Below, in pieces: positions 22,790 through 33,420 of a stretch of DNA of 34,406 nt. The notes under the pieces were generated by a model, which saw only the letters and a program-made list of their open reading frames with translations, was not told where the DNA came from and did not search any database. Position numbers and translations under genes: made by a program. The DNA is from Octopus bimaculoides (taxonomy: Eukaryota). The DNA is taken from the NCBI RefSeq assembly GCF_001194135.2, contig NC_068998.1, positions 20,015,187 through 20,049,592 of the forward strand, read 5' to 3'. Position 1 is the first letter of the stretch; each line of letters opens with the position of its first letter.

Positions 22790-23105
22790 AGATAATTAGT
22801 AATTAATTGATGGCCTCTCCTGTCATAAGCAGGAGATGAAGGTTCCGCAACTGTTCATTGAACGAACCTGCACAGATGATTTGTATATAGTGAACAAATG
22901 CTTGTGCCGTACACTAACTCTCCCACTCCACGAGAATAGACGTTACCTATAAAGGTACACGATATACCACTAGTCAGATGTCGAAGTGATTTGCAAAACA
23001 ACGTGGAATGAAACGTTTTGCTCAAGAACACAACGCACCGTCCGGCCCAGGAATTGAAACTGCGATCTCGCGATCAACACCCTAATCATATGACCACGCA
23101 CCTTC
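22790..23105 (-). mobile_element. Family C-related SINE, decayed
   Basis: Minus strand gcgtggtcatatgattaggg...gtttcaattcctgggccggacggtgcgttgtgttcttgagcaaaac aligns with the head of the 10551-10908 copy. Confidence 0.7.
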
Positions 23106-23947
23106 ACCCACACAAGCAAACACACACACACACACAAACACACACGTATATACACACATATATATATAAATATGTGTGTGTGTATGTATGTTTATAATTA
23201 TTTTTTGTAGATTATATTTTTCATGTTATTGGTTTGTGTTTACGATTAATGATTTTGTCGTAGTATTATATTTTATTCCTTATGTTTTATTTATTAGTAT
23301 CTAATTTATATAAGTTGATATCTTAGTAATTATTAATTATTAATATTTTTATTTTGTATTATATGGTGTGTTTAAGATTTATATGTTTGTGATATGTTGT
23401 CTGGGCACAAGCATTTTGTTTGCATACTTCTAAACAGCGTAAGACTATATTTTCAAATTTTATTTTCTAAGGATGACACAGTAAGAAGTAGTAATCCTGT
23501 TTTAGGTGTCGAAATCTTGCTGATATCTGAAACGTTGCTAGCGAGGGTAGTTTTTTTTATACACTTTGTTATGGAGACTAAATACAATTTTTTATAGGAA
23601 TCAAATACAATTTTTTGATATGCTATGTTATAGAGATTAAATACAATTTAAAACATGTCGTTTCACCGATGGCTAATGTTTTCTCTGAATGACCAGTTAA
23701 AAGAATTATTCAACAATGTTGGAATCGAATAACAATATTACAATATTACAAGAAAGTAATAAAAATGAATTAGTGTCTAAGTTATTCAATTATAATTAGT
23801 TTAAGACACTAGCGATAAATTAATCGTATAGTTTTATTATAAAACTTTTCAAATAAAAGGTAACTACCATCCTCTGAAATAATATTAGGTTCAAAGATAT
23901 ATTATCAGGTCTTAATAAAGATTAGTAAATATGCGGCNNNNNNNNNN

Positions 23948-23994
23948 ATATAATATAATATAATATAATATAATATAATATAATATAATATAAT
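23948..23994. repeat. (TAATA)n pentanucleotide microsatellite
   Basis: Seen directly in the sequence. Confidence 0.95.
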
Positions 23995-24393
23995 GCAGTG
24001 ATGTTTATGTACAAACATGCATTCATACATACACACACACGGACACATAGGATCTTTCTGAATTGACGGGCACCACTTTTCATTTATGTTTTATGTAGTG
24101 TTTTTGGTACCGAAACACTTTAAAACTTCGTATACTTGTATATTTTGTGCTATAGAACAGATAAAAAATTTTGTATTCGAAGTTATTTCATGTATAAAAT
24201 TGTCGTATTTAGGTAATTTCAACCAATCACTGACGTCTATTGAGGTGAAAACAATTACTGCTGTGAATTGTGAACACCACACGTTGTGCGATGTAATGGG
24301 ATCTTTTCCCTTGAATAAAATTAGTGCCGTTGTTTGTCAACAACAACTATCAGCTGTACTGTTATTTATAATATCGTTCGTGCGTTTGTACTG

Positions 24394-24526
24394 GTTTTAG
24401 GGTTAGGGTTCGGGCTTTAGAGTTAGGGTTAGTTTTAGGGTTAGGGTTATGATCATTTTTGTCATAACCTAACTCATAACCCTAACCCTAACTCTAAAAC
24501 CCGAACCCTAACCCTAAAACCCTAAA
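24394..24526. repeat. Inverted array of degenerate telomere-type repeats, (TTAGGG)-like facing (CCCTAA)-like
   Basis: Left arm 24394-24452, 9-nt spacer, right arm 24462-24526. Confidence 0.92.
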
Positions 24527-24689
24527 TCCTTACTAGGGAATAACGATATAATTACCAGGGAATAACGATCTTGACACCTTGATACTGTGTGGACTGCGAT
24601 CTGCGTTAATAGGCTTTTCGTAGCTTCTGTAATTGTTGAGTATATAAACAGATTGGCAGATCGTTTCTCTGGGATTGGTTAAATTGATG

Positions 24690-24743
24690 TAAACACCTCT
24701 GATGAGAATCCAATAATATTCGAAAACCGACTGAGGTTGTTTA
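24690..24743 (+). ncRNA. Degenerate minimal type-I hammerhead ribozyme-like motif (PLE-type)
   Basis: taaacacct-CTGATGA-GAAT-ccaataat-ATTC-GAAA-accgact-g-aggttgttta. Stems I and II are intact; stem III and the cleavage site are not. Confidence 0.45.
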
Positions 24744-24817
24744 TGATTTTTTTTCAGTCTACGAGGAAATAGTTAAATTATCCCTGTTATATATCAACTA
24801 TATAGGTTACATATGTA

Positions 24818-25210
24818 CAGAGTGGCCCAAAAGTAGGTTCACAGTTATTCAACTATCTCTTTCGCATTCATATATTAACAGTTTAGATCTTAATTATAAA
24901 AGAATATGAAACCATTATACTATGGAGATGTACTTACATAGAAAGTGACCTGATCTGAGATCGTGTGCTGGAACGAAAACAATTGCAGCGTGGAAGGTGT
25001 TTATAAGCCATTTAAAATAACACACAAAAACCGTTAGATTTACTTCGACATTTAAATTTAATTTGTCAAAATATTTCCGTCGCTTTGAGACCGCGACCTG
25101 TTCACTGACATTATTTAATTGTAAGATAGAAATTTAAATGTAATAAAATGTTTTAAAAGAAATTTAAAATGCCTATGCGATAACTGTAAGCCTACTTTTG
25201 GGCCACCCTG
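24818..25210. mobile_element. Tc1/mariner-type MITE
   Basis: 32-bp TIRs (cagagtggcccaaaagtaggttcacagttatt versus rc cagggtggcccaaaagtaggcttacagttatc) with TA on both sides. Confidence 0.88.
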
Positions 25211-25798
25211 TATAATGCATACATAATGCACACAAATATGTATATGTATGGATATAAATATACATACGAACACGCTCACCCACTCACATACACTTTCTTT
25301 CTCTCTGTCTCTCTCTGTTTCACACACACACACACATATTTACATGCCAAATAGCCACGGCAGATGAGGATGTATCTTATGGAGATGGGGACTGACTGGG
25401 ACTCTGGGAAGACTTGGAAATATACCGACAAATGGTGAATGCAGCAACGCGCTGCAACGGCGCATGCGCCCATGTCATTCCTGTATCGATTTATACATAC
25501 ATATATGCATAATGTACACACATACATTCTGTTATACATACGTTATGATGATTATTACTCCCGTCGATTTCGACGTATGATTGTTTGAAGAAGAGGATTT
25601 AAAAGAAAATAAAGAGAGAGAAAAAAAAACAGCTTTAAAAATAAAAGAAGCTGCCTCTATTTGCAATGGATGCGTGAATATAATTTGAGTCCAGCTATGG
25701 ATTTTGCTATGAAGTCACAATGGGGACACTTTTTGATTTTGATTTTGCCTCGGATTGAGTAATTGTGCCTGTTGATTGCAGGATATAATTATACATAT

Positions 25799-26209
25799 AG
25801 GAGTGGCTGTGTGGTAAGTAGCTTGCTTACCAACCATATGGTTCCGGGTTCAGTCCCACTGCGTGGCACCTCGGGCAAGTGTCTTCTACTATAGCCTCGG
25901 GCCGACCAAAGCCTTGTGAGTGGATTTGGTAGACGGAAACTGAAAGAAGCTCGTCATATATGTGTATATATATATATATATGTATGTGTGTTTGTGTGTC
26001 TGTGTTTGTCCCCCCACCATCGCTTGACAACCGATGCTGGTGTGTTTACATCCCCGTAACTTAGCGGTTCGGCAAAAAGAGACCGATAGAATAAGTACTA
26101 GGCTTACAAAGAATAAGTACTGGGGTCGATTTTCTCGACTAAAGGCGGTGCTCCAGCATGGCCGCTGTCAAATGACTGAAACAAGTAAAAAAGTAAAAAG
26201 AGTAAAGAG

Positions 26210-26210
<1 letters not shown>
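25799..26210 (+). mobile_element. Family B SINE, well preserved
   Basis: A-box TGGCTGTGTGG, B-box GGGTTCAGTCCC, CORE-like block, internal TA/TG tract, aagtaaaa tail repeats. Confidence 0.93.
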
Positions 26211-26245
<35 letters not shown>

Positions 26246-26641
26246 TGTGTTATATAGTTTATATCTATAGTGTTAATTGTTATATTGCGGACAATTTAAG
26301 TAGTACGCTTTTGCCATATGTGTAATATTAGGAAATATTTCATATATACAATAATTATAATTAAACATTTATCATATTTGTTGGTGCTTGTACGAAATAA
26401 TGAAATAAATACTGATTTTTCAAATGAAAAATATTTGTTACTTTAAAATAAAATTAAATACCACAAATTTCTCATTTATGTATGTGCAATAAATATATGT
26501 AATCATTTTCTAAATTCTATCAACATAATCGCTATCAACTCCGTCGAAAACCTATCACGGCAACATTTCACTAAAAAATGTGTAGTTTTCGGAAAGTTAT
26601 TAGAATCAAGATAAGTGGGAGGGTAATATATTAAAGTTGTG

Positions 26642-26677
<36 letters not shown>

Positions 26678-27002
26678 TTCATACATACATTCACACATGC
26701 GCACATATGTTTATATAAATACGTGAAATAGTAATTTGCAAATTGACAATTCATTTCGAAATGTAAGCAAAAATATTGCTTGAAAGTTTATGAAAAATAA
26801 ATTCGAAATGAATTACCAATTTGCAATTATTTTTGCAAACATCTTTCTTTTCCATACCATATTTTCTACGGTTCTAGCTTCGCAAATTTACTACATTATG
26901 CAGTTGAGAAATGAAAACAGAAAGCTATAATAATACTGTTGGATACAGTTGTATATTTAAGAGAAGAAAACAGTAAGTAAAATCGGAACAGTAAGTAAAA
27001 TG

Positions 27003-27210
27003 GGAACAGTAAGTAAAAATCTTGAGAAGTACATGGAAAAAATAGGGGCTGCAATAAGGGTGGAACACATTCAGAAAACAGCACTGCCTGGAACCGCTCG
27101 AATACTCCGGATGGTACTCGAAAACTAAGAGGCATTACTTTAGTTCACTGGTAGTGAACAACTGGCAACGTAGTATAACTTCAGCGTTAGAAGCTGTGCA
27201 AAAACAATAA
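27003..27210 (+). mobile_element. R4/Dong-type RLE LINE extreme 3' fragment
   Basis: GTVSKNLEKYMEKIGAAIRVEHIQKTALPGTARILRMVLEN* (27003-27128). UTR is followed by aataat. Confidence 0.85.
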
Positions 27211-27229
27211 ATAATATTAATAATAATAA

Positions 27230-27267
27230 TTCTTATTATCATCTTCATGGTCATTATCATCATCATT

Positions 27268-27350
<83 letters not shown>
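27230..27350. repeat. (ATC)n-(ATT)n compound microsatellite
   Basis: Seen directly in the sequence. Confidence 0.96.
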
Positions 27351-27351
<1 letters not shown>

Positions 27352-27786
27352 TAAAACAGTTTGGTTCCGAGTCGGACGGAAATCTAAGCCTGAAAGAAAC
27401 GGGCTTCTGTTAGAGGTCCACGAAACTTTAAGTCGCGCGGCGTTGAATCAAACTGTATTAAATAATACATGTAACTCCTACTAAATGGGTTGAGTACATT
27501 TTTCTTTCGTTTCTCCATTCATTCGCATATATATATATATCACTGCTATTATGCAAAAGTGTCGCAAGTCCAAAACGTTGCTTTTTCAGAAAACGAAAAA
27601 ATAGTTTCACCATTCAATAGCAAAACCGTTGTATTATACTTTGACAGTATTTGATATTTTGGCACCCGAAGCAGCTGGAGATACGATAGTTTGAACAAAA
27701 GAACCGGCATTTGCAAACAAAAAATATATATTGGGGAAAACGCATTTAGCCAAATTTGGACATACGACAGTTTAAAATAATAGCAA

Positions 27787-27828
<42 letters not shown>

Positions 27829-29265
27829 TCAAAATAAGCAACAGGATATCAAGTAGTAATGCAGTACGACCGTTTCAAGCGACTCCGTTTAACAGACAAT
27901 GTGATCTTTACATCAATTTAAATGTAATGCTATCTTCAGCTGTACAGATAAATAAATGGAATTTTAACAAGTAGGACACATTAATATATTTTTTCTTAAA
28001 TATTTTAACAGAGCAAGAAGATGGAACAAATTCATGTTGTCGATATTGTAGCTAAGAATAAACTACAACTTCTAAGAATCGCATGGGTTGTAAGGGTTGT
28101 AATTCATTTCTAATTCATTTATCTTTTTATTAACTACTAAATCTGAGACTAGAAGATTGTGTCTATTTTGAACAAAGGAGAAGAGTGAGTTGACAGCTCA
28201 TGGCTAGGTATGGTCACAAATATTTCCTCAGGGAGGAAATAAGGCATTAAGAGCAGTCAGTTGGATATAAGTAACTGTCTATAAAAAGAGGCAGGATAGG
28301 GGTGGGCTTTAAATCATGATGCTAATTACCGGTTAAAGGTGCAAGACACTAAGAAACTTAAGATGTTTATATCGAGGAAATTTTATTGGGGGCATTATGG
28401 GGTAATGTTTATTAACAATATTGTCATGTTGTATAAAATTAAATTTAAGAATTTCAAAAAATGATATCATAATAAAAATAGGTAAAAGGTGAGGATATAT
28501 CAATTATAAATATTAAAAAGTACGACTACATAGAATCAGTTAAATATCCATTCATCTCACATAGACTTAAGTGACTGAAAAATATCATTTTAAGAACAAG
28601 AAAAATAACAATTTATAAGGGAGAAGAGGTTAATAAGTAAGGATATCAAAATAAGAATACAAAATAATAAGTATTTATAGAAAATAATAAGAAATAGATA
28701 TAACCTACATATAAAGAGACAGAGGATTAAAATTAGAGGCAGGAGAAAAATAAAGGTAATCCGAAAAGAGGGGGTAATAGGTATGGAAGTAATGAGAGTA
28801 GTTAAAGGTATTCAAACTGAAGACATTTTATAAGTCGTAATATTACAGGTGTTATTGTATGTATGATTTCATAGTTTCTAGGGGGTATACGATTTAGTCA
28901 AAGGGAGACTTACATAAAGTCACTGCAAATATACATAATATGATGAGTAGGGTAGAACATCATAGAAAGGAAAATAGTATAATCACCAAAATAGGATGAA
29001 GTCAGACTAACAAGGCAGGGGTTATTATGAGACAGTATTATATATATCACACCACATACCACAGCACATAACATATAACATATGTAATGCAATGTAATTC
29101 GCCATATAACATAATATCCCATGATGTTTTATATTTAATACTGGAGGGTAAGTTTGCAACGAATACGACACCAAAGTTAATTTCCACCATCAAAGTTCAA
29201 GTATAGTAACTATAAATGTTAGTTTCGGAAATACTTAAATGTACAGGTGACGCTATGCATGCTAG

Positions 29266-29318
29266 GTCTAATCCATTATTAATAATGGATTAGACGCTTG
29301 GTCTAATCCATTATTAAT
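29266..29318. repeat. Perfect 30-bp palindrome plus a third direct copy of its arm
   Basis: gtctaatccattatt|aataatggattagac, then gcttg, then gtctaatccattattaat. Confidence 0.95.
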
Positions 29319-29709
29319 CAGGTTATTCTCGTCCTTACACTTAAAAATCTCATAAGTTTCCATAGAACACAGCTCACACCCATATCGCCTATCTCTATAA
29401 GGCTGCGCTCTCCGTATTATATCCTATTTAAGACTAGATCCGGTTCCGTTTTCTTTCAGTTCCCAAATCTTACTAGATAAAGCCGCACTATTAGTTTTAC
29501 GTTTGAGTCTAAAAGATGAGAAATGGTTATTGATACGTTTTTTCATATTTATCGAACATCCTGTAAATATAAAGTTACCAGCCTCAGTCACAATTATACA
29601 TTTATAAACTACATTTTGGATTAAACATCGACCTAATAACGGACAGTGGGATTTAACTCTACAATTGCAACCGGGAGCATTACTACTATTAATATTATTG
29701 ATATTCCTA

Positions 29710-30118
29710 TTATTATTATGTTGTTTTTTTTTCCTTTTTCTTCAAATTTTCTTCCATTTCTCGCCGAGTGTTTTCCGTACACCTAGGGCCGAGAAACTCG
29801 TTGTATGCATTCCCAGTTTACACACGCAAATTCACAGGTAAAACATGTTTTTAAGAAAAACAAAGTTCATGAATGGATGTTGTTTTCACAGCGATAATGC
29901 TCTTCTCAGTACATGAGTCGTTCCAGTTAGCTCGATTTTTTGCACTTCCTGTAGGGATGGTAAGCCTGGTATCATTTTCAAATAGGTCTCAGTACCTTTT
30001 TTTATCATTCCTAGAGATCCTACAATCACTGGTATGGTAGTCGCCTTGAGGTGCCACATTTTTTCAATTTCTATTAGCAAGTCTTTATATTTACTGATCT
30101 TGTCAAATTCTTTCAAAT
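29710..30118 (-). mobile_element. R4/Dong-type RLE LINE 3' fragment; 5' part lost in a gap
   Basis: EFDKISKYKDLLIEIEKMWHLKATTIPVIVGSLGMIKKG...VQKIELTGTTHVLRRALSL*. UTR ends in aataataat. Confidence 0.9.
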
Positions 30119-30829
30119 NNNNNNNNNNNNNNNNNNNNNNNNNNNNNNNNNNNNNNNNNNNNNNNNNNNNNNNNNNNNNNNNNNNNNNNNNNNNNNNNNN
30201 NNNNNNNNNNNNNNNNNNNNNNNNNNNNNNNNNNNNNNNNNNNNNNNNNNNNNNNNNNNNNNNNNNNNNNNNNNNNNNNNNNNNNNNNNNNNNNNNNNNN
30301 NNNNNNNNNNNNNNNNNNNNNNNNNNNNNNNNNNNNNNNNNNNNNNNNNNNNNNNNNNNNNNNNNNNNNNNNNNNNNNNNNNNNNNNNNNNNNNNNNNNN
30401 NNNNNNNNNNNNNNNNNNNNNNNNNNNNNNNNNNNNNNNNNNNNNNNNNNNNNNNNNNNNNNNNNNNNNNNNNNNNNNNNNNNNNNNNNNNNNNNNNNNN
30501 NNNNNNNNNNNNNNNNNNNNNNNNNNNNNNNNNNNNNNNNNNNNNNNNNNNNNNNNNNNNNNNNNNNNNNNNNNNNNNNNNNNNNNNNNNNNNNNNNNNN
30601 NNNNNNNNNNNNNNNNNNNNNNNNNNNNNNNNNNNNNNNNNNNNNNNNNNNNNNNNNNNNNNNNNNNNNNNNNNNNNNNNNNNNNNNNNNNNNNNNNNNN
30701 NNNNNNNNNNNNNNNNNNNNNNNNNNNNNNNNNNNNNNNNNNNNNNNNNNNNNNNNNNNNNNNNNNNNNNNNNNNNNNNNNNNNNNNNNNNNNNNNNNNN
30801 NNNNNNNNNNNNNNNNNNNNNNNNNNNNA

Positions 30830-31085
30830 TAGATATTTTATTCGTTGAACAATATTTCAACAGTACGTCTGTCTTTGTCAAGTTCAAAACAAGAGGTGAT
30901 TAAAAATTCAAGATTACAGAAATTTAAACGTAAGGTATGAACGAGAGCAACGTATGGACGCTGGCTACTCTCGTTCATACTTTACGGTTACATTTCTGTA
31001 ATCTTGAATTTTTAATCACCTCTTGTTTTGAACTTGACAAAGACAGACGTACTGTTGAAATATTGTTCAACGAATAAAATATCTA
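30830..31085. repeat. 256-bp fold-back: 118-bp arms, 20-nt loop; head-to-head PLE-type 3' ends
   Basis: Arms 30830-30947 and 30968-31085 are reverse complements with 3 mismatches by manual alignment. Confidence 0.95.
31028..31070 (+). ncRNA. Degenerate minimal type-I hammerhead-like motif; mirror copy on the minus strand at 30845-30887
   Basis: TTGAAC-[TTGACAA]-A-GACAG-acgta-CTGTT-GAAA-TAT-T-GTTCAA, followed by AATAAA. Confidence 0.55.
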
Positions 31086-31152
31086 TACAATCGAACCGCG
31101 CTCTTCGTCTTGACTATTATTATTATTATTATTATTATTATTNNNNNNNNNN

Positions 31153-31222
<70 letters not shown>

Positions 31223-32338
31223 TGCATTATGTATACCCTGAACAGTGTAATTTCTAAATCAACACATCTGCTAAAATCTGTCGCTATGTTCGTATCAGAA
31301 TGTTTTCTTTAATAAAGCAATGAAATCCGACGTCAAGAGAATTAGAAGGGACATATTTCATTCGTTTTTTGGTTTTGGGTTTTTTTTTTCAGATATTTTC
31401 TATTAGTTTTTGTTGTTTACATATTTTAGCTGATTTTACTTCGATAACATTTAATTTAATGACAATACCATTTATCTGCTATATCATTTATTCTTAAACT
31501 ATGTTTTACTGCCATGTCACATACTGTTATGTTGATTTAGGCAAGGATGTTTATTTAACGACACCGCCAGTGAATGGCGTAATATCAGTAGCCTTTTATG
31601 ACCCTAACCTGCTGAGAAACATGTTGGCAAATCTTTTAGGGATATCATATAATATAGGTAATATCGTTGGTAACGTAGGCAATGATCTGGTCTCTTTCTC
31701 TCTCGAACCCCTTCTCATACATAAATAATTACATATATAAATACACACGTATACGTTACTCCCAAAATATAAATATTGGTACATATATATATATATATAT
31801 ATATTCAGAAAAGTACATCTCCATTATATTAGTGTTAATTTTTGGTTGTTATTTTAAACGAATTTTTAGGACTACAACAGTACATTTCCTCACGGGCTGG
31901 GATTCGATATAATTGTCGTGTCAATTTTATTTTATTTTAAAACTAGGTTTGACTAGGGCTTCACGTTTTCTCTGAGACCTTAATCAACCTGTCATATTCT
32001 CAATGATACATGTACTTTTATCTGCTAGTGACCTGGTTCTCTTAGTGAAATTTGTCGATGCGCTGCAGAAAAAGTTCCATACCAACAAAAACGATTTATA
32101 GTGCAAAAGCTTAAAAGTGATGGCAAGACGAATGTTAACTGCGAAATAAAACCTGCGTAAAACCTGGTAAGTGTTCTCGCTGTATGTAACGAAAAGTGCA
32201 CTTGATGTTGGCACTTAGTGCAAGAAAGGAATGCAGGAAAAGATGCAGTTGGTATCTCTCGCAGATTCACAAAGAATTTCAGATACGAGAGCTTTACAGA
32301 AATAATTGTTGTTTAGCTACAATCAATTCTGATTCAGT

Positions 32339-32720
32339 TGTTGGCACTCCGTCGCTTACGACGTCAAGGGTTCCAGTTGATCCGATCAACGGAACAGCCT
32401 GCTCATGAAATTAACGTGCAAGTGGCTGAGCACTCCACAGACACGTGTACCCTTAACGTAGTTCTCGGGAATATTCAGCGTGACACAGTGTGACAAGGCT
32501 GACCCTTTGAATTACAGGCACAACAGAAACAGGAAGTAAGAGCGAGAGAAAGTTGTGGTGAAAGAGTACAGCAGGGTTCACCACCATCCCCTGCCGGAGC
32601 CTCGTGGAGCTTTAGGTGTTTTCGCTCAATAAACACTCACAACGCCCGGTCTGGGAATCGAAACCGCGATCCTATGACCGCCAATCCGCTGCCCTAACCA
32701 CTGGGCCATTGCGCCTCCAC
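32339..32720 (-). mobile_element. tRNA-derived SINE, family D, full length with 11-bp TSD
   Basis: TSD tctgattcagt at 32328-32338 and 32721-32731. A-box TGGCCCAGTGG, B-box GGTTTCGATTCCC. Confidence 0.95.
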
Positions 32721-33264
32721 TCTGATTCAGTAGACAACTGAGAAACAATGGCTTAGCTGTGACCATCCTGCCAAGAAGTTTTAGGCATAGTATCATAGTA
32801 TATCTAAGACCACTTTAACTGATGTGACTTGCCTTCTTTTTTTTTAAGACGGTAGAGTGCGATATGAAGAAGGTTAAGTTGTCATTTCTAGCTGGTCTAG
32901 CGATCGTGTACAGGCTTCACGTCAGCACGGTAAATGTTGAAACAGGTTAGCAGCAGAGGGCAATAATCAAACTACACTTCTAAGTTTTCGTTACCTAGAA
33001 AATCTAATGATATTTATCTACATGTCAGATCTGATCCAGTAGATTTACGATAAGATATTCCAATCGTGACTAGCCTGTTTATCTCATCAGACTGTGTCTC
33101 TAGGATTGAATTATACAATATGTTCTTTTTCAAAAAAATACTATATATTATTTTGATGAGGTTGGGGAGAGATTTAGATATCGTTTCTTTCAAATCAAGC
33201 GATGAGATAAAGGCTCCCTCGTCGGATCATGGTCAACAGACATAATAAATAACCTCCTCGTAAC

Positions 33265-33420
33265 TACCACACGCTAAGAAATTCGCTTCAACTCAAGAGG
33301 ACTGTGGTTTGATCCTACTGTGTTGTGTCTTCGGCAAGTACCTTTGACTATATCCTCGGGGTCGATATCGACATTGTGAGGGAATTTAGGTGAGCGAAAA
33401 CGTGCAGAGTCCTGTCTGAT
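33265..33420 (+). mobile_element. Heavily decayed family B-like SINE head and core
   Basis: gtggtttgatcctactg...ttcggcaagtacctttgactatatcctcggggtcga...ttgtgagggaatttaggtgagcgaaaac. Confidence 0.55.

Noticed and set aside
23170-23400. T/G-skewed AT-rich tract as a NUMT
   Set aside because: I could not match it to any mitochondrial gene in any frame; low complexity is a sufficient explanation.
24394-24526. Interpretation as a true ancestral telomere-telomere fusion
   Set aside because: Mirror-identical variant repeats argue for inverted duplication of one tract, not joining of two independent telomeres.
26969-27020. Short regularly spaced repeats as a CRISPR-like array
   Set aside because: The units are adjacent with 4-nt linkers, derive from LINE coding sequence, and the context is eukaryotic.
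2387-30903. Long ORFs filled with X in the ORF track
   Set aside because: They are artefacts of translating N-gaps.
31501-31728. 75-aa ORF in non-repetitive sequence
   Set aside because: No recognisable motif on either strand, and the length is within chance expectation.
32046-32166. Possible exon ending at CTG|GTAAGT, peptide EICRCAAEK
   Set aside because: The best frame has a stop before the donor and there is no supporting homology.
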